Below are positions 7,866 through 17,570 of a stretch of DNA of 64,000 bases, in pieces. Each line of letters opens with the position of its first letter. The stretch's first letter is position 1. Source of the DNA: Chlamydiota bacterium. Lineage in GTDB: Bacteria; Chlamydiota; Chlamydiia; Chlamydiales; Parachlamydiaceae. Below the pieces are notes generated by a model. That model saw only the letters and a list, made by a program, of their open reading frames with translations. It was not told the DNA's origin and did no database searches. The DNA is taken from the NCBI GenBank assembly GCA_013287905.1, contig JABDCW010000003.1:8921-72920 (forward strand). The letters are read 5' to 3'. The translations under genes and the position numbers were made by a program.

Positions 7866-8384
7866 ATGATAAAAAATTTGAGTTATCTTCTGCTGTTTTT
7901 TGCAGCATTCATCCTTACTTCTCAAGTAGAAGCTAAGGAACATCGCACTTGTAAGAAAAATAAAACGCTATTTTCGGTAACTTACCAAAACTTAACCGGT
8001 TTAAGTATCTCGGGATCGGGTAGTGTTTCTCAGGAAATTGCCAATATCACTCAAGGAACAAAAATAATCGACGACCCTATCTCTTTTAACTCTGGAACAA
8101 CCACAATAGACTTCCCGAATCCCGTTCTTCAAATATCGGCTGTTGAAGGAGATACCGTTTTTGTTAATCTTGCCTTCTCTTTGAATCCTGGCTCTTCTGT
8201 TGTGAGTTCACAACCCATCATAATAATGACAAGCGACACGAAAAACTTTTCCACCCCTCAAACAAACTCTCTTCTCTCACCGGGAATCACCTTATCAAAT
8301 ACAGCTTCAGTAGTGGTTGGAACAGATCTTTTTGATTTTTTTACTGTTTTCCCGGCTCTAGGGGAACCTGTTTGCCATAGGTAA
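7866..8384 (+). CDS. secreted hypothetical protein
   Basis: 172-aa ORF with a GGAGGA RBS and the signal peptide MIKNLSYLLLFFAAFILTSQVEA. The mature part is Ser/Thr-rich. Confidence 0.65.
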   Translation: MIKNLSYLLLFFAAFILTSQVEAKEHRTCKKNKTLFSVTYQNLTGLSISGSGSVSQEIANITQGTKIIDDPISFNSGTTTIDFPNPVLQISAVEGDTVFVNLAFSLNPGSSVVSSQPIIIMTSDTKNFSTPQTNSLLSPGITLSNTASVVVGTDLFDFFTVFPALGEPVCHR

Positions 8385-8397
8385 ACTTTAGCAAATA

Positions 8398-8500
8398 AAT
8401 TCAACACAAAGGCACAAAGTCTCAAAGAAACAAAGAAAAATTTTACTCTCAGACATTTTTCTCTTAGTGTCTTGGTGACTTTGTGCCTTTGTGTTGAATT
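8398..8500. repeat. hairpin repeat, CACAAAGG-unit family
   Basis: Arms are aattcaacacaaaggcacaaagt / actttgtgcctttgtgttgaatt. The element is homologous over its full length, including the trailing aaagtctatactt, to 57308-57409. A variant lies at 29626-29704. It sits between convergent genes. Confidence 0.9.
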
Positions 8501-8505
8501 AAAGT

Positions 8506-8841
8506 CTATACTTGAGGGATAGGCACATTTGCACCGTCAACTTGCGGTAAAGAAATTGTGGCCTCAAACAATTTGAAGGCAATACTCGTTGTCACTCCAC
8601 CTGCAAATACTGTTAGGGTTGCCCCTAATCCAGCTATACCTGGGGAAACATAAGGGGTAACATAAAGTGTTGAGAATAGCGCGGAGGCTGTGATTTCACA
8701 AGTCGAGTAAAAAAGATTCCTCCATACTGCCACCATCCTTACTTTGCCTGCCAATTCCACGTTGCGTTGCTGCAATGCTTCATGATGCAGGATTTCCGCA
8801 AATCCCGGCACCAGGGCAACTCGTATTCTAAATAATGTCAT
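8506..8841 (-). CDS. hypothetical small membrane protein (weak)
   Basis: 111-aa ORF with a hydrophobic C-terminal half. No motif recognised. The last four codons lie in the conserved flank of the adjacent repeat. Confidence 0.3.
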   Translation of the reverse strand: MTLFRIRVALVPGFAEILHHEALQQRNVELAGKVRMVAVWRNLFYSTCEITASALFSTLYVTPYVSPGIAGLGATLTVFAGGVTTSIAFKLFEATISLPQVDGANVPIPQV

Positions 8842-8924
8842 TAAGGCCCCCTTCCGCTAGTGAAAAGCATACGAATTTACGCAATTAAACACTTGTAATT
8901 CCTCACTTCTAATAGCACCCTATT

Positions 8925-9089
8925 TATACCGAACGCGATTCAAAAATTGGTTTTTGACGGTGTCGGCTTTGCATCAAAATTTTTGTCTTCACTCGTGCCT
9001 TGGCCATAGGCAATGGTCACTCGTTCCAGACGAAAAATTTTGAGCAGCCTCCTTGCCAAAACCCCAATTTTTAAACCACCTACGGTATA
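8925..9089. mobile_element. 165-bp MITE-like palindromic element with TATACCGAA termini
   Basis: Terminal inverted repeats are tataccgaacgcgattcaaaaattggtttttga / tttttaaaccacctacggtata, and the interior is also palindromic. It is about 90% identical by eye to the reverse complement of 50914-51078. A TA dinucleotide lies at both junctions. Confidence 0.85.
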
Positions 9090-9442
9090 ACGTCTGTTCG
9101 CTGAATATGATAGACCGGATAAATATCAATACCAGGCTCCTCATAAGGATGGGCCTTTCTTACTTCTTCTACAATATGCTCCAGATCAGCGTACAAGCAA
9201 ATCGTTTCGATGCGCTCTTCTATAACCTCTTCTACGGTTCCCGCTTTTCCAAGATATGGATTGGCATCTGTATTAGGCATAAATCGGCCAATACCCTTTA
9301 TTGAATAGCTGCAATGGGAGTAATTGCCTACTTTACCAGCTCCCGTTCTTCCCAAGGCTTCCCTAATAGCGTCAGCATGAGTTTGCGGAACAGTGATGAC
9401 AATCGTTACATAATTAGAGACAAGTGCAGGCACATTATTCAT
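9080..9442 (-). CDS. COG3323 / YqfO-C-terminal-domain-like small protein
   Basis: VPQTHADAIREALGRTGAGKVGNYSHCSY..GRFMPNTDANPYLGKAGTVEEVIEERIE...AHPYEEP fits that family as I recall it. I prefer the ATG at 9442 (the upstream ATG at 9496 is possible). The last two codons and the stop lie inside the MITE terminus. Confidence 0.65.
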   Translation of the reverse strand: MNNVPALVSNYVTIVITVPQTHADAIREALGRTGAGKVGNYSHCSYSIKGIGRFMPNTDANPYLGKAGTVEEVIEERIETICLYADLEHIVEEVRKAHPYEEPGIDIYPVYHIQRTDVIP

Positions 9443-9501
9443 TATTCTCTCTTCGACTGTAAAACAAGATTGGCTGTTATGAATTGGAAAAAACATACAG
9501 G

Positions 9502-10158
9502 CTATTTCAATTGATCAAAAGAAACATCTAATGGGGGAAATCTGGTGTCATCCTGCCATCCTTTAAAATCAAAATGCCACCATTCATACAAGGCCACCTG
9601 AAACCCATGTTTTTCCATGATATCTCTAAGCAAGCTTCTATTAAATGCAGCAGTTTTTGATATGTTGGGATAATCACTATGCGCCTTTTCCGTAAAGTCA
9701 TCAAAATCAGTTGGCATTTCCAGCTCACACCCCTTGGAATCAACTAGGGTAAGATCAACGGCCGTACCCCTTGTATGCCTGCCTTTATTTTTCGCAGGAT
9801 TGGCTATATATCTTTCATCCTGAATAATATCCCACATGATTTGCTGCACAGACAATGGACGATAACCATCAAATACTTTAAGACCCAACTGCATTAACGA
9901 TAGTTCAGTTTGCACCAGATTCAAGCTTTCAGCTACTTCCCTTTGCAAGTAGCAGGCAGCTGTTGGATATACAGGAACTCCAAGAAAATTATTGTCTGTT
10001 GCATAACGTATATCGAGGATAATGTCCGGATTTGCGACAGAGAGGTCCACAAGATTAAAAATCTCTATTTTCTCTTTCGTCAAAGTCATGTTCTCTGCCT
10101 TTACATACATTTGCAAACCAAAAAGATAAATTAATAAAATACACACTCTAATCAACAT
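9502..10158 (-). CDS. ddpX: D-alanyl-D-alanine dipeptidase (VanX/DdpX, peptidase M15D) with signal peptide
   Basis: DIRYATDNNF, DGYRP, HTRGTAVDLTL and EWWHFD are the VanX/DdpX hallmark motifs. The N-terminal signal is MLIRVCILLIYLFGLQMYVKA. Confidence 0.85.
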   Translation of the reverse strand: MLIRVCILLIYLFGLQMYVKAENMTLTKEKIEIFNLVDLSVANPDIILDIRYATDNNFLGVPVYPTAACYLQREVAESLNLVQTELSLMQLGLKVFDGYRPLSVQQIMWDIIQDERYIANPAKNKGRHTRGTAVDLTLVDSKGCELEMPTDFDDFTEKAHSDYPNISKTAAFNRSLLRDIMEKHGFQVALYEWWHFDFKGWQDDTRFPPLDVSFDQLK

Positions 10159-10167
10159 TATCGAAAA

Positions 10168-10833
10168 TTACTTTTTACACATAGTCAAACTTGCCCAAAG
10201 CGAGGGTTGCTGCTCAATTTTAAAATCTTCCGACACCACAGAAAAATGTTGCGAAAACCCTTTTGACCGGTTGATGCGATAGGTAAAGCCCAAACGGTTA
10301 AACGATTGCGGATCATAGCCGACTAAACAACTGTGCGGAATGAAGATCTGCATCAGATAGTTACCCTTATCCTGAACCATTTTATGCTTCAGTTCTTCCG
10401 AATTGCATAATGGATGCTTGTCTTCCGTACGAAAGTGGGTGATCTCCCCGCGAGAAACCCCATCGACACCTTCCGGTAAAAAGAAAAAATGATGGCAAAA
10501 TTTTGTGTTAAACCCCGACGTCTTGACGTCTCTCGTATCAAAAAAAACTTCCACACTATCGCCTGATTCCACATTTGGATAGCAAGACTGTTTAAATGGT
10601 TTTTGGACACATAAAAAAATTTCTATTCCTTGGAAATGCCACCCGATAGCCATTTCAGCAAACACCGTTTCCCCGCATAATTGTGAGGTATCGGGAAGCA
10701 GATATTTGCGATAATTTTTTTTATTTAATGAAGGAAAATGATCACCAGCACCCTCCGGCAATTGAAGTATATCGGCACTCAATTGAAAAAAATTGATTGG
10801 GGTTATCGCTTTCAAATCATCAGGGAGAGTCAT
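10168..10833 (-). CDS. conserved hypothetical protein
   Basis: 221-aa ORF whose start overlaps the upstream gene end by 14 nt. DSVEVFFD weakly resembles CBM9/DOMON-type folds. No firm assignment. Confidence 0.55.
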   Translation of the reverse strand: MTLPDDLKAITPINFFQLSADILQLPEGAGDHFPSLNKKNYRKYLLPDTSQLCGETVFAEMAIGWHFQGIEIFLCVQKPFKQSCYPNVESGDSVEVFFDTRDVKTSGFNTKFCHHFFFLPEGVDGVSRGEITHFRTEDKHPLCNSEELKHKMVQDKGNYLMQIFIPHSCLVGYDPQSFNRLGFTYRINRSKGFSQHFSVVSEDFKIEQQPSLWASLTMCKK

Positions 10834-13210
10834 CGGGGTCTTCTTCTTTTGTTTGCGATAAATATTCTAAAGAAATCGCCTTTTTATCGACGATTTCTTT
10901 TAAAATCTGCTGCATGAGCTTTTTCTGTGCGTTATCAGATAATAACGAGCGGGCAGCAATAACGCCTGGAAAATTCTTATTTTTATCATTCTTTATATGC
11001 TTTTGCAAAAGATGGAAAAAATTCAAATCGCCGCCGGGTGTATTGACTTTTGTCCACTGACCATCTGACAGTGCAAAAACTTCCGTTTTATCCAATAAAG
11101 TATCGGAACTGTTGCGCATAATCCCATATGCCGCTTTTTGCAGCTTCCATTGGTCTTCCAAAGGTTCCCTTGGCTGCAGAGTATCTGAAGGTTCTTCAGG
11201 CGCTCCCTCCTTTCCGATATATTTAAGGGCAGATGACGGGTCCTTTTCAAACAATATTTTAACATCGCGCATATAGGGATATAAACGGAGTGTGGCGGCA
11301 TAATCCCCGATCATATTCTCCGGAGCTGCTTGTGGAGCAATAGCAGATGCATATATCGTCCGGATGTCTCTCAATAACTTTTCAAAGTACCGGTCGGCAA
11401 CAGCATTCTTCACATCCGCCAAGGCTTTCCAGCTTTTGTCTTCGCGCTGAAATTCTTTTGTGTTCGATTCGCGAATTTTTACATAATATTCTTCCAAAAT
11501 TTGGTCCAAAATCCGATCGAGTGCTCCCTCGTGGTCTGCCTCTGCAAAGGTAAGCACCTCCGGACCGTTTGCCCGTTCAACAAATGCGATTTTGTAATAA
11601 TGACGATGGTCCGCAGTGAAATGAGACAATTCAGGCGTTTCTTTTTTGTCCAAAAGCGCCATTAAAGCTTTTCCATCGGTCAAACCAATAATTTGCTGGT
11701 TCTTCCCTTTCTCATGAACTTTTAAGACTTGTCTGACGGGAGATGCGGAAAGGAGCGCCTGTTCGATCCACTCCGGATGTTGATCGACGATTGCCTCTCT
11801 TGCAAAATGATCGATCCGCGCGCGCGTTTTATCATCAAGAGTATCTAAAGCGGCATAGCGGGCCTGTACATTATCGGCAGGCAAGAGGCCCAATTCCGGG
11901 AATTGTTTTTTTAGGACTGACCAGTTTTGATCTTCCACTTCCCAGGCCCAGGTTTCTTTAAGAGAAACATTCCCCTCCAAAGACTTTTTATCAGCATGGG
12001 AAATATCGACTAAATAACGCTGTTGCACCAGTTCGGGATAGTTTTTGGAAACAACGGCCGCCGATGCAAATTTTTCAGGCAGCTTTAACTGGTTTTTTTC
12101 TTTATCTGTACGTTTTCCGACAATATCGAGGTAGGTTTCAAATTTTTGCAAACTATCGAAACGATTGAGCCGTACATCATTTGGCAAACGGTAGATTTCT
12201 CCCTCAATTGAAGCCAGCGCATATGTTTCATATCCTTCAAACATTTGAGGGTCGACAAACATGGAACTGCCCATGTCCTGGAAGAGGCGGCGAAATAATA
12301 AGACCTGTTGCCATACCCTTACAGCTGTGCTGCGGTCCATTCCAAGGTGGCGCAATTGCTCGTCAAAGTATTCGCGGCTATTTGCACTTCTGAAATTTGG
12401 ATTGGGTTGGTTTTGTTTAAAACTGACTTCGGCATTGTGCATTAAATCGGCCATTGCATCGGCCTTTGATACATAGTAGCCGCGCTTTTCTGCAATCTCC
12501 GCAGCGTTGATGATAAATTGGGCGGCCAAACGGATAAAGCGCGGACCAAACCAATCTTCCATCGTATGGTACCCAAAAATTGACAGATCGGTGTGATCGA
12601 GATTCTGGTCAGCCTTAAGCCAGCTGTACTGGGCTTCCTGAGATTTAAGGACGCGGCGCAAAAGTGAAGGGGGAAGCTGCCGTTGCATCATAAAAAGAGC
12701 AATGCGAGATTGAATAGATTCCGAAGACAAAGGATCAGTCGAAGCATGTAAATGATGATAATACCTGGTCATATCCGGCAAGAAATAATTCCAGGCCATT
12801 TCTGTACCAATAAAACGCGCTTGAGGATGACTGTAGAGGGTAAAACGATGCTCTTTATCCTGGCGCGTAGTCAAATCGGGAGAAACTTCATCCGCATAAG
12901 CGGTTAAAAGCATGGCAGCCAAAGGCGTTTGAAAAAAGTTTTTCGTGATCACGCCATCATTGAGGAAATTTAATCCCCAAACACCGCCAAAATATTGTTT
13001 ATCGTCATTATCCGTTGACAGGAAGGCAACCATTTCATCGAGTTCGTGCCTTGTGATATCTGTTCCTTCCACGGTCCTAAAGGCAATTTGTTCGCGGAAC
13101 GACCCTTGGTTCATGGAATTGTATGTCCCAAAAAATGAGAATGAAATGACAATAATGACCGTGATGATCACAAAAAAATAACGCTGGTGTCTGCGGAAAA
13201 AGTCAAGCAT
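10820..13210 (-). CDS. PpiD/SurA-N-like membrane-anchored periplasmic chaperone
   Basis: 796 aa. The N-terminus MLDFFRRHQRYFFVIITVIIVISFSFFG is typical of the PpiD-type anchor, and the periplasmic part is long. I did not see a clear parvulin signature. Confidence 0.6.
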   Translation of the reverse strand: MLDFFRRHQRYFFVIITVIIVISFSFFGTYNSMNQGSFREQIAFRTVEGTDITRHELDEMVAFLSTDNDDKQYFGGVWGLNFLNDGVITKNFFQTPLAAMLLTAYADEVSPDLTTRQDKEHRFTLYSHPQARFIGTEMAWNYFLPDMTRYYHHLHASTDPLSSESIQSRIALFMMQRQLPPSLLRRVLKSQEAQYSWLKADQNLDHTDLSIFGYHTMEDWFGPRFIRLAAQFIINAAEIAEKRGYYVSKADAMADLMHNAEVSFKQNQPNPNFRSANSREYFDEQLRHLGMDRSTAVRVWQQVLLFRRLFQDMGSSMFVDPQMFEGYETYALASIEGEIYRLPNDVRLNRFDSLQKFETYLDIVGKRTDKEKNQLKLPEKFASAAVVSKNYPELVQQRYLVDISHADKKSLEGNVSLKETWAWEVEDQNWSVLKKQFPELGLLPADNVQARYAALDTLDDKTRARIDHFAREAIVDQHPEWIEQALLSASPVRQVLKVHEKGKNQQIIGLTDGKALMALLDKKETPELSHFTADHRHYYKIAFVERANGPEVLTFAEADHEGALDRILDQILEEYYVKIRESNTKEFQREDKSWKALADVKNAVADRYFEKLLRDIRTIYASAIAPQAAPENMIGDYAATLRLYPYMRDVKILFEKDPSSALKYIGKEGAPEEPSDTLQPREPLEDQWKLQKAAYGIMRNSSDTLLDKTEVFALSDGQWTKVNTPGGDLNFFHLLQKHIKNDKNKNFPGVIAARSLLSDNAQKKLMQQILKEIVDKKAISLEYLSQTKEEDPDDSP

Positions 13211-13341
13211 GATATATAGTCCTTTTATTTATATTAGACCTCTTTCAAAGCTGCAGTTTTGAAAGAGGTTTATTCTCCCCTGAGAAAGAAAGCCTACCAA
13301 AAATCGATCTTTCCCACAAATTATTTTTGCAATTGCCCTTC

Positions 13342-14565
13342 TTAGTACAAAAGACCGAATAAATAGAGAGGAATTTTTCGGTCAAACCCCACCTTCACAT
13401 CATCCAATACGAGAAACGCCTTTGTTTGATCCCGAATTTGGTAATCGTTTTTGTTCTTCCCTCCGATCTCCATGATCCACTGATCGTCAATGATAAAATC
13501 GCCTTTGTCATGTAACCGCATTTTATGCAGGCCGTTCATCTGATTGACGAAAAAAGTCTCTCTTACACTTCCAACTTCAGAATCGAATTTCAAACTCCCA
13601 TTAATTGCCGATAATAGATTCGAGTTGTTCAGAAAGATCTTTCCAGGCTTTCGGACAAGATTATTTCCCTTCCCGTGGGGGAAAATATCACTCAATAGAC
13701 CTGAATGACGCAGGTACTCCAGACAATTGTAAACAAGCTCCCTGGATATTCCTAAATTTTTGCTCATCTTATCGATGTTAGGAATTAGACCGTTGGAGGT
13801 TGCAACCAGCCAAACCAGCTTCTTCAAAATCGGTAGAGTGGTTTGTTTTAAGTTATATACGACAGCTACATCTTCAAAGAGGACCTTCTCGATGACATTT
13901 CCCAATTTCGGGAAAAAGTCTTCTATCCCCTTTAGAAAGAAAGGGTAGTATCCGTGGTTCAAATACTCCCTAAAGTATTTGAGGATTAATGGAACCCCTA
14001 AATCTGAAGCAATCTGGAGATGATTTTTTAAGAGTTGACTTAACGTCAGGACCGGCACATCTTTTCCTTCCGCAAAGCTAAGATACTCACGAAATGAGAA
14101 TCCTTGCAATTTATGGTAGACAACTCGCCTCGAAAGATCCCCCTTGCTTTTATTCAAATCCAGTGAAGAACTGGCAGAAAAGATAACCTGTCGCTTTTTA
14201 TAGGTATCCAGGATATTTTTTATTTCAATCGACCAATCCGGATATTTATGCACCTCATCGATATAAAGGGCTTCTCCTCCCATTTCAAAATGACGTTTGG
14301 CAATATTTACAAGTCCGAGCGAAAGAACTTTAATATGATCTGCTGAAATATAAAGAGCTCTTTGAGGTGTTTGATACCTCTCTAAAAGATCTTGGCAAAT
14401 CATCGTCGTCTTTCCCACGCCCCTATCGCCTGTAATGCAAAGACCTGACGACCTCCAATTAATGTGAGAATATAAATATCTTTTTTTACTTCTTGGTGTT
14501 GTATTTATCACCTCATTATGAATCTCATAAAGTTCTTCGAGCATATCATTCCTTCTGTAAGACAC
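13342..14565 (-). CDS. AAA+ ATPase of the COG1373 (AAA_14 + DUF4143) type
   Basis: Walker A is GDRGVGKTT and Walker B region is ALYIDEVHKYPDW. Size and layout are as in COG1373 ATPases. Confidence 0.75.
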   Translation of the reverse strand: MSYRRNDMLEELYEIHNEVINTTPRSKKRYLYSHINWRSSGLCITGDRGVGKTTMICQDLLERYQTPQRALYISADHIKVLSLGLVNIAKRHFEMGGEALYIDEVHKYPDWSIEIKNILDTYKKRQVIFSASSSLDLNKSKGDLSRRVVYHKLQGFSFREYLSFAEGKDVPVLTLSQLLKNHLQIASDLGVPLILKYFREYLNHGYYPFFLKGIEDFFPKLGNVIEKVLFEDVAVVYNLKQTTLPILKKLVWLVATSNGLIPNIDKMSKNLGISRELVYNCLEYLRHSGLLSDIFPHGKGNNLVRKPGKIFLNNSNLLSAINGSLKFDSEVGSVRETFFVNQMNGLHKMRLHDKGDFIIDDQWIMEIGGKNKNDYQIRDQTKAFLVLDDVKVGFDRKIPLYLFGLLY

Positions 14566-14615
14566 ACTTTACACTTTTATATATTTATTGTCTAGTACAC
14601 ATTACAATTTCTAGT

Positions 14616-16811
14616 TTATTGCCGCTGATCGTCGATCAGTTCGTAAAGATGATCGCCTGTCATTGCCTGGACCCCGACATCGCGAAGCCACGCCGATAAG
14701 CCATAATCCCAGCGCGACCTTTCGCTATATGTATAGAAAATGTCGAAAGGCATGGAAATGCAAACTCCTTTATCGTAATAGGTTTTTCCATTGATCTTGT
14801 CGTGTCCATTTGTCAATGTGTACCAGATAGTAAGCCTAAGTCCGCTTGGAAAATACCGGGAAATTTCATTGCGCACTCCCCAGTCATTAGCTAAAAACTT
14901 ACCCACACTAATCTTGAAATCGAGGTGGGCCGGCTTGAAGTCATAATATAAATTAACCAACATTTGCGACCCTAAAAATTTGCGATAAGAAGGAATAAAA
15001 CCTGTAAGCTTTCGGACTTTATCAGTAAACCCAAGGCCGGTGTAGGTTCTCTTTTTCAAAACAGCCCCTTCAATTCCTATAGCCCAGGGTGAGGTAACGG
15101 GATAGTAAAGGAATTCAGCCGCAGCCCCTCCATATTCCACTTCGAAATAACCGGCAGCGACTCTGGCATAAAGTCCCCGGCCTAAATTCCAGTTCTTTTG
15201 TAAATATGCTTGAGTAAGAGAAACGCCGCGATGGCAATAATATTTGACAATATCGGAACGGACATGGATCAGTTGCGATGGATTTAAGCGGTCGATGCTT
15301 TGAATATGGCCAATATTCGAAATAAAATTCGAGCCCACTACAATCTGATAATAGACGTCGCCTCGTAAAAAACCATTAAATGCACAATTGAGGCCAAGAG
15401 CATACTTAAATTTTCCACTGGAACTCCCAAATAAAGTACGGGTATTTGGAGCAATTTCGATGTTATAAAGATGACGGCGGCGGGAAAATAAATGGGCGGA
15501 TGCATAGGGGTCCGGATAAGTCACCTCCCGTTCTTTAGTCAGGACATCCAATTCGTAAAAACCAATTTGTTTGTCTTCAAATGCACGAACAGCTTCCATC
15601 ATAAATACATATTCCTGAATGGGAAATCCTTCCGAATTAATGACAACATTCACTTGTGCAATATCTGAAGGCATTAAAGCAGCCAATAGACCATTAAGAC
15701 GCGAACGCACCTCGCATTCAAGACGGTATGTTTCATTCAGGACATTCAACCGCAATGATTTTTCATTGCACTCATTGTAAAATAGATGAATATCGAGCAA
15801 GGTTAACCCTTGTTCCTGAAAAGCGAAAACCAATTCTGAAACAAAAGTCTGCTGAGGCCGCAAACTTCCAAGAGCTTCAAAATTAACAGGAGATTTATAA
15901 GGTAATACATTGTCAATTTTCGGCAAAAACCCTGTCGTATACCCAAAATTATAAGAGGCCCCGGCAAAACAAGAGATGGTTTTCCCGCGCATATAGGAAA
16001 CAGACAGATCGAGAAAATCCCACAGCCGGTATTTGAAACCAAAGTTAATAGGTGATCTTTTCTCTCTTCCGTGAGGGTGCTTTTCGATTTTTTCGCATTT
16101 GTATGGGGTCGCATCGTATTCTGCAGTCACACAAAAAGAGTCTAACCACTTCCACTCCGTATTGGAAAAAGGGATCCAGCTGCACCCGCCAAAGAAACCC
16201 CGAATCCGTTTAACGCCATATCCTAAGCTAATTTCTAAATGATAGGGCAAAAACACATGGGTGAGCACAACATACCGCGCGTGAAATCCGCGTGTTCCAA
16301 TAAAATCCTCTATTCCAAATGAAAGCCCGGGCCACTGATACCCGCTCTCTTCGGGGGAGAACAATGAAAACTTAAAATTGGCTCCCTTATCAGACATATC
16401 CCCAAAGCCATGGGGAGATAAAATGGGATCCTCGAGGCCATGAAAAATGCGATAGTTTCCTGTAATTTCTAATCTGTCAAGAACCTGCGCACGAAAATTA
16501 TAGAGGCGATATGGCTCTACATATGCATATCCGATTCCTAAGTCCCCATCAGCCCCCATACGGGCAGAGGGCATGGCAAAATAGCCGCCTTGGTATAAAT
16601 GGTTATATGTAACCGGCATCTTTTCGTTAAGTCGTCTGTTCCAATAATCGACGACCAAAAGATCGTTCATTAAATTTTCACATGAATTTGGGCTCGCAGC
16701 CTGCAGGGAAATAATTTCCAATAAAATAAATAATAATACCCAAATGAAATGATGACATGAGAAATGATGCATAAATAGTAGGATTATGAGCGAAACCCCC
16801 CCTTTTTTCAA
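14616..16811 (-). CDS. YjbH-family outer-membrane protein (exopolysaccharide-associated)
   Basis: 731 aa. MPSARMGADGDL, GIEDFIGTRGFHARYVV, GYFEVEYGGAAAEFLYYP and KGVCISMPFDIF parallel E. coli YjbH along its whole length, as recalled. Confidence 0.7.
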   Translation of the reverse strand: MKKGGVSLIILLFMHHFSCHHFIWVLLFILLEIISLQAASPNSCENLMNDLLVVDYWNRRLNEKMPVTYNHLYQGGYFAMPSARMGADGDLGIGYAYVEPYRLYNFRAQVLDRLEITGNYRIFHGLEDPILSPHGFGDMSDKGANFKFSLFSPEESGYQWPGLSFGIEDFIGTRGFHARYVVLTHVFLPYHLEISLGYGVKRIRGFFGGCSWIPFSNTEWKWLDSFCVTAEYDATPYKCEKIEKHPHGREKRSPINFGFKYRLWDFLDLSVSYMRGKTISCFAGASYNFGYTTGFLPKIDNVLPYKSPVNFEALGSLRPQQTFVSELVFAFQEQGLTLLDIHLFYNECNEKSLRLNVLNETYRLECEVRSRLNGLLAALMPSDIAQVNVVINSEGFPIQEYVFMMEAVRAFEDKQIGFYELDVLTKEREVTYPDPYASAHLFSRRRHLYNIEIAPNTRTLFGSSSGKFKYALGLNCAFNGFLRGDVYYQIVVGSNFISNIGHIQSIDRLNPSQLIHVRSDIVKYYCHRGVSLTQAYLQKNWNLGRGLYARVAAGYFEVEYGGAAAEFLYYPVTSPWAIGIEGAVLKKRTYTGLGFTDKVRKLTGFIPSYRKFLGSQMLVNLYYDFKPAHLDFKISVGKFLANDWGVRNEISRYFPSGLRLTIWYTLTNGHDKINGKTYYDKGVCISMPFDIFYTYSERSRWDYGLSAWLRDVGVQAMTGDHLYELIDDQRQ

Positions 16812-16845
16812 CGATTAAATTTTCTACTTGTGATAGAATGGCAGT

Positions 16846-17487
16846 ATGCAGAAACTACGTATTCTTTTTCAAAATAACCGCGAATGGGTAAAAATCAAGA
16901 TCGGCAAAGATCCTGACTATTTCCGGAAAATGGCAGAAGCGCAAGACCCCAAATATCTTTGGATTGGATGTGCCGATAGCCGCGTTCCGGCGAATGAAAT
17001 TGTCGGACTTGAACCAGGCGAACTTTTTGTTCATCGCAATGTAGCTAACCTTTTTCCCCATACTGACTTTAATTGTCTTTCCGTCCTCGAATATGCGATC
17101 GACCTCCTTAAAATCGAGCATGTCATCGTCTGCGGTCACTATAATTGCGGAGGGGTGAAGGCCGCCATGGAGGACCACCAGCTGGGCCTTGTCGACAATT
17201 GGCTTCGCAATATCCGCGATGTACATGCCAGATTTAAAGAGGAACTCGAAGCAATACCCGACCCCAAGGAACGTTTTGATAGGCTTGTTGAATTTAATGT
17301 ATTGCAACAGGTGCTCAACATCTGCCATACGACCATTGCTCAAAAGGCATGGATGCGCGGCCAGGCTCTTTGCGTTCACGGTTGGATTTACGATCTTGCG
17401 ACAGGGGCTTTAAAAGATCTGGACTGCTGCATTTCCAGCATCGATCAAATCGAAGATATTTACCGGATCCGCACAAATTTTATTTAG
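16846..17487 (+). CDS. can: beta-class carbonic anhydrase
   Basis: GCADSRVP, FVHRNVAN and VCGHYNCGG are the zinc-ligand and active-site motifs of beta-CA. Confidence 0.9.
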   Translation: MQKLRILFQNNREWVKIKIGKDPDYFRKMAEAQDPKYLWIGCADSRVPANEIVGLEPGELFVHRNVANLFPHTDFNCLSVLEYAIDLLKIEHVIVCGHYNCGGVKAAMEDHQLGLVDNWLRNIRDVHARFKEELEAIPDPKERFDRLVEFNVLQQVLNICHTTIAQKAWMRGQALCVHGWIYDLATGALKDLDCCISSIDQIEDIYRIRTNFI

Positions 17488-17570
17488 AGAATCTTTCTTC
17501 AAAATTCAAATTGAAGAATTGGTTATGTGCCCGTGAGCGCATCCGATTACCCATAAGTCCAATAAGCAAT

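Noticed and set aside
13238-13269. Hairpin acctctttcaaa-gctgcagt-tttgaaagaggt as terminator of the AAA ATPase gene
   Set aside because: The stem is good, but no U-run follows on the transcribed (minus) strand. It may be structural, so I did not call it a terminator.
16855-17379. 174-aa minus-strand ORF
   Set aside because: It is antisense to the carbonic anhydrase gene, which carries unambiguous beta-CA motifs. It is a shadow ORF.
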